This document shows positions 1-7,893 of a DNA stretch of 15,912 nt, in pieces. This stretch comes from Candidatus Bathyarchaeia archaeon. GTDB taxonomy: Archaea > Thermoproteota > Bathyarchaeia > Bathyarchaeales > Bathycorpusculaceae. Both the position numbers and the translations under genes were made by a program. Below the pieces are notes generated by a model. It searched no databases. It worked only from the letters and a program-made list of their open reading frames with translations, and was not told the DNA's origin. Location: positions 1 to 15,912 of the forward strand of contig JAVZNT010000020.1 of the NCBI GenBank assembly GCA_038882655.1. The letters are read 5' to 3'. How positions within the stretch are numbered: the stretch's first letter is position 1; the number at the start of each line of letters is the position of its first letter.

Positions 1-2
1 AT

Positions 3-143
3 CTTGGTATAGACTATGGAACCATAAACTGGCAGAAATTTGCAAGTTTACTGCGGGAAATATCCTATGACAAAGTTGTGGTTGTGGAGTCTGTTGAGAA
101 TGTTGCTGAAAGCGTTCAAAAGCTAAAGGCAATACTTAAATGA
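3..143 (+). CDS. C-terminal fragment of a probable sugar phosphate isomerase/epimerase (xylose isomerase-like TIM barrel); 5' end outside window
   Basis: Manual translation from base 3 gives LGIDYGTINWQKFASLLREISYDKVVVVESVENVAESVQKLKAILK, with TGA at 141-143. The LG..G.I.W...L....Y...vvvE pattern is typical of the C-terminus of this family. Not in the ORF track. Confidence 0.6.
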   Translation, partial: LGIDYGTINWQKFASLLREISYDKVVVVESVENVAESVQKLKAILK

Positions 144-144
144 T

Positions 145-1068
145 TCAGCTTTCTGGAAGTGGAATTTCAATTTCCATGAGGTCCTCGGCTATTCTAGTGT
201 TTTTGAAAATTTTTCTCGCTTGCCTAAGAAGCAACTTTGGATCTTCATATCTTGCACTTATATGCGTTAAAACCAGCAGTTTGGCTTTAGCCTTTTTAGC
301 GGTTTCCGCCGCTTGGCTTGGAGTTGAGTGCCCATCCTCGTAGGCTCTTTCAGCCAGTTCATCATCTAAAGCGGCATCATGAATTAATAGATCAGCGTTA
401 GATGCAAAATTCGCCAAACCATCAAAAGGTCTTGTGTCTCCAGTATAAACAATTTTTCTCCCGGGTCTTGGTGGACCTGTGACATCTTCTGGTTTGACGG
501 TTTTTCCGCTTGGAAGTTTAACTTCGTTGCCGTGTTGAAGCGTTGACCATAAGGGTCCTTCTGGAACGCCTAGGGCTTTGACTTTTTCTGGGTAAAATTT
601 TCCGGGACGGGGCTTCTCCACTAGAGCGTAGGCTAGGCTTGATATTACATGATTTGCCCATACAGCCTCAACCGTGTATTCTTCCTCTTCACATACTTTT
701 CCAGCCTTGTGTATTTCGTGAATTTCTATAGGAAATGTTAAGCTAAACTGAACTGTTTCCCTTACGCCTTCCATGAATCTTCGTATTCCTGGTGGTCCGT
801 AGATTTCGAGTTTTTTATCTCGGTCGAGAAGAGCCATTGTCTGTATAAGTCCAGGCAAGCCTAGCATGTGGTCTCCGTGCATATGCGTTATAAACACTTT
901 CATTTTTCTATTGAAGCTGGCTCCAGCCATTATCATCTGCCTTTGCACGCCTTCGCCGCAGTCGAATAACAGTTGTTCGCCTTTACGCTTTATCAATATG
1001 GCTGGCAAACTCCTTTTTGGAGTAGGAATGCTTCCAGCCGTGCCTAAGAAGATTACTTTCAAGTTCAT
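145..1068 (-). CDS. rnz: Ribonuclease Z (tRNA 3' processing endonuclease)
   Basis: 307 aa. Motifs FLGTAGSIPT, FDCGEG, THMHGDH (HxHxDH), Gly/Pro exosite LGVPEGPLW, YTGDT, GHST and LTHISARY. Confidence 0.97.
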   Translation of the reverse strand: MNLKVIFLGTAGSIPTPKRSLPAILIKRKGEQLLFDCGEGVQRQMIMAGASFNRKMKVFITHMHGDHMLGLPGLIQTMALLDRDKKLEIYGPPGIRRFMEGVRETVQFSLTFPIEIHEIHKAGKVCEEEEYTVEAVWANHVISSLAYALVEKPRPGKFYPEKVKALGVPEGPLWSTLQHGNEVKLPSGKTVKPEDVTGPPRPGRKIVYTGDTRPFDGLANFASNADLLIHDAALDDELAERAYEDGHSTPSQAAETAKKAKAKLLVLTHISARYEDPKLLLRQARKIFKNTRIAEDLMEIEIPLPES

Positions 1069-1181
1069 GGTGCACTACACCTTTTAGAGTATGCCGTTTT
1101 TCCTTGTTAGGCTTTATGCTAAATAAACTCCACAAGTCTTAAAGGCTTGGATGAAGAATTGTAAATTGGAAATGGTTGTTC

Positions 1182-1649
1182 ATGGTAAGGGTTATTATTG
1201 TTTTTGAGTCGCGTTACGGCAACACTAAACGTGTGGCAGAAGCCATAATCGAGGGAATAAACGAAGTCGGTGGGTTGGAGGTTTCCCTCAAAGAACTGAA
1301 AGAAGTGGACCTTAAAGAAATTTCATTCTGTGATGCAATATTGATTGGTTCTCCAAACCATGTGGGCGGTCCAACAAGGGGCATTAAGGGCTTCATTGAT
1401 AAGCTTGGCGAACTGAAACTTGTTGGAAAGAAGTTTGCAGTTTTTGACACATACATGGGAAGGGACTTTGAGAAAGCTGTAAAGAAGATGGAGAAACGGA
1501 TAAGTGAAAAAGCTCCTGGTTTAAGGCGGATTGCGGCTGGCTTATCAATAAAAGTTCAAGGAATAAAGGGACCAATTGTGGAGGGCGAGCTGCCAAAATG
1601 CAAAGAGTTTGGAAAGAATATAGCCGTCCAGCTTAAAGTGGGAGGGTAG
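1182..1649 (+). CDS. Flavodoxin family protein
   Basis: FMN phosphate-binding loop ESRYGNT, then LIGSPNHVGG and AVFDTY. ATG at 1182 is preferred over the upstream TTG at 1176. Confidence 0.9.
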   Translation: MVRVIIVFESRYGNTKRVAEAIIEGINEVGGLEVSLKELKEVDLKEISFCDAILIGSPNHVGGPTRGIKGFIDKLGELKLVGKKFAVFDTYMGRDFEKAVKKMEKRISEKAPGLRRIAAGLSIKVQGIKGPIVEGELPKCKEFGKNIAVQLKVGG

Positions 1650-1652
1650 AAA

Positions 1653-2039
1653 ATGACTGGTTATGTTAAAAGAAGCAAAGCTGTGGTCTTTGTTGGCTTA
1701 CTATGGATAATTCAGTCTGTTGGCAGGATTTTCTTTGCAGCGGTTGGCACGCTTGAAGGAATGGGACGGTTTTTAGACAATCCAATTTCATATGAAACAT
1801 CCGTCATACTCTTCGTGATTTTTCTGTTTCTGGGCATTTTAGGACTTGTCACCACCTTCGGCTTGTTGGCTGGGCGAAAATGGGGCTTCTGGAGCACAAT
1901 ATCGGCTAGTGTTGCAACCATAGCATTCGACATATGGGGATTAAAGATACAATCCACAGCCGCCATCGGCTTAATCGTGCCAATAATATCCATTGGAATT
2001 CTTTACTTTAAAAAGCGCAATCTCGTCGCAGAAAAATGA
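1653..2039 (+). CDS. Small hypothetical membrane protein (about 4 TM helices)
   Basis: 128 aa with four hydrophobic stretches. Starts 3 nt after the flavodoxin stop, with GGGAGG upstream. Confidence 0.75.
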   Translation: MTGYVKRSKAVVFVGLLWIIQSVGRIFFAAVGTLEGMGRFLDNPISYETSVILFVIFLFLGILGLVTTFGLLAGRKWGFWSTISASVATIAFDIWGLKIQSTAAIGLIVPIISIGILYFKKRNLVAEK

Positions 2040-2059
2040 AGAAGTTTTTATAAGCAATT

Positions 2060-3097
2060 TTAGACTTTTTCAAAAACTGCGATTTCACGGGTTAGGCTCC
2101 TGTGCACGTAAACCATGTGGGATTCCACGTGGCGATAGCCCAATGCCTTGCCTATCTGGCTTATGCCAACCGTTTTTGGCGCTGCCATACATATGCGCCC
2201 ATCTTTGCCAAGCATATCGTAAACAGCCTCTAAACAATCTTCGATTATCTGTTTCGTTGTCCGCTTGAGGGTTGTGGCGCTTTTTCCATAAGGTGGGTCT
2301 GCAACAACACAGTCAACCCTTTGAACCGGCGGGTTTTTTGCGTCGGCAACCATCACGCCTTCTGGCATGATGCCAAAGTGTTTGAAGTTTTTTAGGCTTC
2401 CCCGTGCCATACGCCTTTGGACGTCCACGCCTAGAACGTGGCAACCTATTAGGGCTGCCTCTATTAGGATGCTTCCTGTCCCGCAGAAGGGGTCGAATAC
2501 TAAATCGTCGGCTTTCGGCTTGGCTAAGTTCACCATACACCTTGCAAGTTTTGGCGGCATAGCGGATGGATGAAAGAAGGGCTTTTCCTTTGGTCGTCTG
2601 TCCATGAAGGGTTTTGGCGGCAAATCCGCAAGCTTCAAACCAAAAATAAACCTATTGTCTGTTAGAATTCCTGTGAAAGTTTTTTGAGGATTTTGAAGGT
2701 TCACTTTTAAGTTTTCAGCTGTGTTTAGGATTATTTCTCCGAGTTTACGCTCTAAAACCATTCCATCAACTTCTCTTGCGTGGCTTTTTACATGCCTTAT
2801 ACGAACAGCAAAACTTTCGCCGCTTTCTAGGAACTCACCAATGTTGGTTGAGCGTAGGGTTTTGACAGCCTCGCTTGGCTCAGTTTTACATGTGAAAAGT
2901 TCTAGGGCGCAGAGTCTTGTTAGGGCTGCACGCTTTTTTACGGCTTCGACGCACTTTACGTCTGCTTCAATCCTCAAAACTTGGTCCAGCGTTTCTAAAA
3001 CTTTGTAGTTATAGCCTTCAGCCTCCAGAATGGCTTTTAGCTCCGCCGTTGGCAGTATTTCATGCTCGCCTGATAGCAGAAAGAAGAGCCTAGCCAC
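2060..3097 (-). CDS. trmG10: tRNA (guanine(10)-N2)-dimethyltransferase, THUMP plus Rossmann methyltransferase (Trm11/TrmG10)
   Basis: N-terminal LLSGEH, PFFHPSAM, SAM motif DPFCGTGS, catalytic DPPYG and C-terminal VHRSLTR. GTG at 3097, immediately after the prs stop, is preferred over the track start at 3124. Confidence 0.9.
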   Translation of the reverse strand: MARLFFLLSGEHEILPTAELKAILEAEGYNYKVLETLDQVLRIEADVKCVEAVKKRAALTRLCALELFTCKTEPSEAVKTLRSTNIGEFLESGESFAVRIRHVKSHAREVDGMVLERKLGEIILNTAENLKVNLQNPQKTFTGILTDNRFIFGLKLADLPPKPFMDRRPKEKPFFHPSAMPPKLARCMVNLAKPKADDLVFDPFCGTGSILIEAALIGCHVLGVDVQRRMARGSLKNFKHFGIMPEGVMVADAKNPPVQRVDCVVADPPYGKSATTLKRTTKQIIEDCLEAVYDMLGKDGRICMAAPKTVGISQIGKALGYRHVESHMVYVHRSLTREIAVFEKV

Positions 3098-3098
3098 T

Positions 3099-3974
3099 TT
3101 AAAGCTCCCATAAAGCTTGAGCAATGAGCGAAGCTAATGAAACCTTGCTCACGTGACTGGGGACACTGTCTGTTCCGATTATTTCCTCAACTCCGACTTG
3201 GCGAATGCGCTTTTCAGCCTCGCCTACCAAAAGCGGATGTACACATGCAGCGTAAACTTTAGCTGCTCCAAGCTCGCGTAAGATGTTTGCGGCTGCAACT
3301 ATTGTTCCGCCAGTGCTGATAATGTCGTCGAAAATTATGACTGTTTTTCCTTTAACGGCGAACTTCTTCTTTTCAACGGTCACGCGTCCAGTATAGTGGT
3401 CTCTCTGCTTTTCCAAATAGCCAAAGCCTCCGCCTAGAACTTTTGCGGCTTCTTCAGCTATGCCTATCGCGCCCTTGTCTGGAGCCAGCGCAAAAGCCTC
3501 TTTAAAGCCCCTTTGCTTGAAGTGTTCGGCTAAAAGCGGGATGGCTGAGATACTCTTTGCCTGGAAGGGAAACTTGTCTAAAATGTTTTTCTGGTGGACG
3601 TTGACGGTTATCAGAGCGTCGACGCCAGCAGCCTTAAGCATTCTCGCTATGGCTTCTATGCTTACAGCCTCTCCTTTTAGGAAGACTTTGTCTTGGCGGG
3701 CATAAGCCAAATAGGGAACAACAACCACAACCCTTTTTGCATTGTTTCTTTTTGCAGCATCAGCAACTAACGCCAGCTGTATTAGGCGTGTGTCTTGCGG
3801 GGGGCTTGTCGTCTGCACTATAACGGTGGTTTCGCCTTCAATTTCGCCATCAATCCTAACATAGGATTCGCCGTCTGGAAAAGTCTTAAAAAAGACTGGA
3901 ATTGGCTCTGCGCCTAAAAGCTGGGCTATTTTTTCGCCTAACTCTTTTGAGGCTGGTCCTGAAAGGATTTTCAT
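3099..3974 (-). CDS. prs: Ribose-phosphate pyrophosphokinase (PRPP synthetase, archaeal type)
   Basis: 291 aa. Motifs FPDGESYVR, PYLAYARQD, APDKGA and PRPP-binding loop DDIISTGGT. Confidence 0.97.
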   Translation of the reverse strand: MKILSGPASKELGEKIAQLLGAEPIPVFFKTFPDGESYVRIDGEIEGETTVIVQTTSPPQDTRLIQLALVADAAKRNNAKRVVVVVPYLAYARQDKVFLKGEAVSIEAIARMLKAAGVDALITVNVHQKNILDKFPFQAKSISAIPLLAEHFKQRGFKEAFALAPDKGAIGIAEEAAKVLGGGFGYLEKQRDHYTGRVTVEKKKFAVKGKTVIIFDDIISTGGTIVAAANILRELGAAKVYAACVHPLLVGEAEKRIRQVGVEEIIGTDSVPSHVSKVSLASLIAQALWEL

Positions 3975-4009
3975 TTAACCGCCGTTCTCTAATGAAGGGC
4001 GCCTTTCTT

Positions 4010-5287
4010 TTAGATTTTTCCAGTAGCCCTATACTGTTCTATGAGTTCTTTGGCTCTGTCCATGCGGATTTTGCGCTCCTCCACCATCTTCTCAGCTACC
4101 AAATCGATTAGCTCGCCTGTGGCGCCAGCGGCAACGGCAATATTTCTTGCGTGAAGTGACATGTGACCGCGCTGTATGCCTTCATGGGCTAAAGCCCTCA
4201 AAGCGCCTAGGTTTTGGGCTAAACCAACAGCCGCCAAAACTTCAGCAAACTCGTTGGCTGTTTTTACGCCTAGGATTTTTAGGCATGTTTTGGCTATTGG
4301 GTGGGTGCGCACAGCCCCGCCTATTAAGCCGACAGCCATGGGCAGTTCTATCGAGCCTACCAAGTCGCCGTTTTCATTTTTCTCCCATGTTGAAAGCGTT
4401 GTATAGTGTCCGCTTCTGGCAGCATAAGCGTGGGCTCCGGCTTCGACGGCGCGGTGGTCGTTGCATGTGGCGATTATGACGGCTATTATGCCGTTCATTA
4501 TGCCCTTGTTGTGAGTTGCCGCCCTATACGGGTCGGCTGCCGCAAAAGCCCAAGCGTTCACAACGCCGTCTACGACTTCCTCTCCTCCAACAGCATCTTT
4601 TGGCACGACGCACCATGCTCTTGCTAAGCGTTTAACAGCCAGGTTGGAAATTATCCGCAGATAGACACGCCCGCCAGTTATTCGCTCTATAAGGGGGGCT
4701 ACAGCCTCGCACATGGTGTTCACGGCATTAGCGCCCATGGCATCACGGCAGTCAACATGCAACTCGGTAATAACCATTGGACCCTGCACTGTTTGGATGA
4801 CTTTTACGTCTAAGTCTTTTGCTCCACCACCAACAGAAACCAGCACTGGGTCTTGGTCGTTAGCCTTCTTTAAGATTTCGTTTTTAGCCTGCAATATGCG
4901 GAGCCTAGCTGCGTAAGGGTCTCTGATGCCAGCCGCCTGCACTTGCCCAATCATGATTGGTGGCGTGCTGCTAGTGTGGAAGCCTCCGCCATCCCTAGCC
5001 ATTTTAGCAGCATAGCTAGCCGCAGCCACCACGGACGGCTCCTCAATAGCCATGGGAATCAAATAGTCTTTGCCATTAATGAGGAAGTTTACGGCAATAC
5101 CCAAAGGCACTGGAATGGCGCCAACAACATTTTCTATCATGCGGTCAGCCAAGTCAAGGGGCAAACCACCAGTATTTTGCAGTAAAGCGCACTCTTCATC
5201 AGTTAAGTCGGCAAACTCCTTAACAAAGGCTAAACGCTCTTTAGGACTAAGCTTATAAAAACCCGAAAACAAAGACGACTTACTCAT
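4010..5287 (-). CDS. mvaA: Hydroxymethylglutaryl-CoA reductase, class II
   Basis: Motifs MIENVVG, EEPSVVAA, DAMGAN, RAATHNKGIMNG, NDHRAVEAG and GIQRGHMSLHARN. ATG at 5287 (MSKSS) is preferred because the track's GTG at 5344 overlaps a TATA-like box. Confidence 0.95.
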   Translation of the reverse strand: MSKSSLFSGFYKLSPKERLAFVKEFADLTDEECALLQNTGGLPLDLADRMIENVVGAIPVPLGIAVNFLINGKDYLIPMAIEEPSVVAAASYAAKMARDGGGFHTSSTPPIMIGQVQAAGIRDPYAARLRILQAKNEILKKANDQDPVLVSVGGGAKDLDVKVIQTVQGPMVITELHVDCRDAMGANAVNTMCEAVAPLIERITGGRVYLRIISNLAVKRLARAWCVVPKDAVGGEEVVDGVVNAWAFAAADPYRAATHNKGIMNGIIAVIIATCNDHRAVEAGAHAYAARSGHYTTLSTWEKNENGDLVGSIELPMAVGLIGGAVRTHPIAKTCLKILGVKTANEFAEVLAAVGLAQNLGALRALAHEGIQRGHMSLHARNIAVAAGATGELIDLVAEKMVEERKIRMDRAKELIEQYRATGKI

Positions 5288-5343
5288 ACACTTCTCACTC
5301 TCCATATGCAGGCCAGACTGAATGATAGCATTGTTTCGCTTCA

Positions 5344-5351
5344 CATTTAAA
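5344..5351 (-). promoter_or_regulatory. Candidate TATA box of the mvaA-prs-trmG10 operon
   Basis: Minus strand reads CCAAAG-TTTAAATG, an A-rich BRE-like stretch followed by a TATA-like box, upstream of three tightly packed co-directional genes. Confidence 0.5.
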
Positions 5352-5495
5352 CTTTGGTAGAAAACGAGGCTTTTTATTGAGTTTCATGATTTTAGAATAA
5401 GAAGTCAAAGATGTTTGTCTGACAACTTCCTGTTGCTTACCTGCCAAGAACAAACTTAAGTTATTTTCAACTGTCAAAAAGGCTTTTCAAGGTAT

Positions 5496-5508
5496 AAAAT
5501 AAAAAGGG
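5496..5508 (-). terminator. Candidate oligo(T) terminator after the secreted-protein gene
   Basis: Minus strand reads CCCTTTTTATTTT about 11 nt after the TAA stop. Confidence 0.5.
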
Positions 5509-5519
5509 AATTTGGATTG

Positions 5520-6035
5520 TTACTCGTATCTGAACTGTACTGCAAAGGGGTCATTTGATACTTGTGCATCTGGTTTTGTTACGATATAGAAGGTTATATG
5601 CCAAACCGCGTTCGCGGTGATTGTCCCAGAATAAGAACTTGATGTGGACAAAGCGTTAAGTGTAGTGATGCTTGCACCAGTTGCATTGTTGTAAATTCTA
5701 ACTTCAAACGTTGTGTAATACGTTGAATCAGCGGCGTCTGTGACGTTGATGATTATACTGTGATTAGCGTTATCCAAGTTCTTTAGGTAGAGATGCCTTG
5801 TTATGTCGTTTGTTGTTCCGTTGTTGAGGGAGAATGAAACAGTAGCGGTGCTGCCTGAAATACTTACGGTGCCCGCTTGTTCAACTCCCTTAACCCACAC
5901 TAACCCTCCAGCTCCTATCGTAACTGAACCGGAAATGTACATATATCTATAGTATGCTGCGCTTGCAGTAGCTATTAGCAATGATGCGACAAGCAATGTT
6001 ACAAATTTAATTAATTTTTTGTAGTTTGTTTTCAT
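5520..6035 (-). CDS. Secreted beta-rich hypothetical protein with Sec signal peptide
   Basis: 171 aa. Basic N-region, hydrophobic core and ATASA|A cleavage site. Ser/Thr/Asn-rich, with four N-x-S/T sequons (NGT, NHS, NVT, NAT) and no C-terminal anchor. Perfect GGAGGTGA RBS. Confidence 0.85.
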   Translation of the reverse strand: MKTNYKKLIKFVTLLVASLLIATASAAYYRYMYISGSVTIGAGGLVWVKGVEQAGTVSISGSTATVSFSLNNGTTNDITRHLYLKNLDNANHSIIINVTDAADSTYYTTFEVRIYNNATGASITTLNALSTSSSYSGTITANAVWHITFYIVTKPDAQVSNDPFAVQFRYE

Positions 6036-6739
6036 TTTGTTGTTTCACCTCCTTTCCGTTTTTTCCTTTCTTTTAGGGTTTCTATCCAAATTTTTACGAG
6101 AACGTAGGCGCTGACAGCTAAGACTATGGCGCAAGCTATTGCTAGGGCTGCGGCGGAAGCGATGAAGGCTGCCTCCCCCCACGAAGGCTTGTAGGCGGCG
6201 TAGGCGGCTGCGGCTGTTATGGCTGTGCCTGCGCCTATGGCTATGTACCACCATCGGGGCTTGAAGAATATGTATGTGCCCAACCCCACCACCAATGTGT
6301 CGAAGGCTACTATGCCCACAAAGGTGGCTTCCCAACCCATCTGCGGAAGCAAAATAATCGGATGTGAGGCGATTTCAGCATAGTTGGATAGGAAGAAAAC
6401 CGCCAATGTTAGGGATGGCACTGTTACGGCTGCCATAAAAACCTTGGCATGGCGTACGAGCCTTTTAACTATACCTAGGTAGATGTTTACAGCTATTATG
6501 TTAGCTAAAGCCATGATAAGATATAGGAGGCTGTACCAGAAGCGCATGTACTCGCCAAACGTTAACATAAACTCGCGGCTTACAAGTAGGTGTCCAAAAC
6601 CAGCTAGCGCTGCCAACTGATAGACGTATGGGAGTTGCGATGGAAAATGTCTGTCCAAGAGGCATGTTAAAAGGCTCATGGCTAGGAATAGGTCTATGCC
6701 TACCAATGAGAAGAACTCTGGCTGTAGTGGGGAGGGCAT
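6032..6739 (-). CDS. Hypothetical polytopic membrane protein (about 7 TM helices)
   Basis: 235 aa with seven hydrophobic segments and a basic tail KERKKRK. Its stop overlaps the next start (ATGA at 6035-6032). Confidence 0.8.
   Translation of the reverse strand: MPSPLQPEFFSLVGIDLFLAMSLLTCLLDRHFPSQLPYVYQLAALAGFGHLLVSREFMLTFGEYMRFWYSLLYLIMALANIIAVNIYLGIVKRLVRHAKVFMAAVTVPSLTLAVFFLSNYAEIASHPIILLPQMGWEATFVGIVAFDTLVVGLGTYIFFKPRWWYIAIGAGTAITAAAAYAAYKPSWGEAAFIASAAALAIACAIVLAVSAYVLVKIWIETLKERKKRKGGETTK
6045..6052 (-). promoter_or_regulatory. Strong Shine-Dalgarno site for the secreted-protein gene
   Basis: Minus strand GGAGGTGA, 9 nt before the ATG at 6035, inside the 3' end of the upstream gene. 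Confidence 0.85.
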
Positions 6740-6769
6740 GCCTTTTCGCCCGAAGGTCTTTGTTTCTTA

Positions 6770-6777
6770 TTATTTAA
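6770..6777 (-). promoter_or_regulatory. Candidate TATA box for the 7-TM/secreted-protein cassette
   Basis: Minus strand TTAAATAA about 30 nt upstream of the ATG at 6739. Confidence 0.55.
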
Positions 6778-6783
6778 GACATG

Positions 6784-6810
6784 TGAATTCGGAATTCGAA
6801 TCCGAACTCA
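6784..6810. promoter_or_regulatory. Imperfect inverted repeat, candidate transcription-factor operator
   Basis: TGAaTTCGGA-N7-TCCGAAcTCA, with 9 of 10 arm positions complementary, just upstream of the TATA box. Confidence 0.55.
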
Positions 6811-6845
6811 AGAATATAATTCCGTGGCGAGAAAGATAAATCTTG

Positions 6846-6877
6846 TGTAGTAATACTCACTACATACGTTTAAAAAA
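6846..6877 (-). terminator. T-tract and short hairpin after the beta-CASP gene
   Basis: On the minus strand the TGA stop is followed by TTTTTT, then TGTAGTGA-GTA-TTACTACA (8-bp stem with one G-U pair). Confidence 0.45.
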
Positions 6878-7879
6878 TCAACGTCTAGGAAGCGCCACAG
6901 CCTTGACATTAAACTGTCTCTGAATATGCCTAGCCAAAGTTTCAGCATAACCAACCCGAAAATTATCCGTAACAACAAACTTTGGCTTGGAACGCCTCAC
7001 ATACTCCATCAAACCATCAAAATCAGAATGGTCGCTTAGGGCTACAACATACTCTTTATCGGCAATCTCACGGTATGGAACATCAAACTCCCAACCACTC
7101 ACATAAACACGAAAACAGCCACATCCAACATGGGCTCTAGAACCCATATGATAAAAAGCCAAGCATGGCTGGTTCCTCTCAAACATTTCCCTAGCTTCCT
7201 TCTCCTCAAGCCGCAATAAGCGACCTATACGCATGCCATGCTTCTCACATATTTTAGAGATTTGAAAAACCCTTTGAGGAACAATAAAAGGAACCCTTAT
7301 GTCGGCGTCGTGGAGAATCTGCATAACCTCTTGAAGCTTACCATGATAGCCGAAAACATAGACAACTCCGCGCTTCAGCCCCTCCCTTACAATTGAAACC
7401 AGTAGTTCTCTAACTTCACTGTTGAAAGGACGCCTGCATGATGGACTACCATATGTGGCTTCCATAACTAGGACATCAGCATCTAGTATCGGGGTGTCAT
7501 CGATTCTGAAATCTCCGGTGTAAACAATTCGCGTACCTTCGGCATCTTCGACAAGCACTTGACACGCGCCCAAAATGTGGTCGGCATGGAAAAGCGTAAT
7601 GCTCTCTTCGCCATAATACAATGTTTTCCCATAATCGAGAGATTCCACAAACCCGCCCATAAGAAAGAGGGGACTTTTCATAACGTCGATTAGGTCTCTT
7701 GTGGCTTTTGTCATAATAACCCTCTCGCATGTTTTTAGGCTCCGTTGTAAGCCAATCATGTGGTCTGCATGTGCATGCGTAACCACCCTCAAAGGTCTTG
7801 AATCATTGAAGGCGTCACATGCAACATTTTTGCCGAGAAGGATTGCTCCGCGCTCAGTTATGGTCGCCTTACCAGACAA
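6878..7879 (-). CDS. Metallo-beta-lactamase fold, beta-CASP-type nuclease
   Basis: 333 aa. Motifs VTHAHADH, ADHILGA, YTGDF, MEATYG, SGW and LSDHSD. TTG start 14 nt after the M20 stop. Confidence 0.85.
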   Translation of the reverse strand: MSGKATITERGAILLGKNVACDAFNDSRPLRVVTHAHADHMIGLQRSLKTCERVIMTKATRDLIDVMKSPLFLMGGFVESLDYGKTLYYGEESITLFHADHILGACQVLVEDAEGTRIVYTGDFRIDDTPILDADVLVMEATYGSPSCRRPFNSEVRELLVSIVREGLKRGVVYVFGYHGKLQEVMQILHDADIRVPFIVPQRVFQISKICEKHGMRIGRLLRLEEKEAREMFERNQPCLAFYHMGSRAHVGCGCFRVYVSGWEFDVPYREIADKEYVVALSDHSDFDGLMEYVRRSKPKFVVTDNFRVGYAETLARHIQRQFNVKAVALPRR

Positions 7880-7893
7880 GGTTGTGGCACCAG

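Noticed and set aside
3975-4009. Weak hairpin between mvaA and prs
   Set aside because: Short interrupted stem with no T-tract on the coding strand, too weak to call.
5295-5477. 60-aa minus-strand ORF and 10-bp palindrome AACTTAAGTT (5453-5462) upstream of mvaA
   Set aside because: The ORF has a non-ATG start, no motif, and crosses the predicted promoter. The palindrome is short and AT-rich and is plausible by chance.
5520-6035. Secreted protein as a type IV pilin or archaellin
   Set aside because: There is no class III signal (K/R-G/A followed by a retained hydrophobic helix). The hydrophobic stretch ends in an A-x-A signal peptidase I site.
6032-6739. 7-TM protein as a microbial rhodopsin or heliorhodopsin
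   Set aside because: The last helix has no mid-membrane DxxxK or SxxxK retinal-binding motif (its Lys is near the helix end), and helix 3 lacks an RYxDW/RWxEY-type motif.
6032-6739. 7-TM protein as an archaeosortase or prepilin peptidase
   Set aside because: No recognisable Cys-Arg-His/Arg sortase motifs and no GxGD motif. The partner protein has no C-terminal sorting signal.
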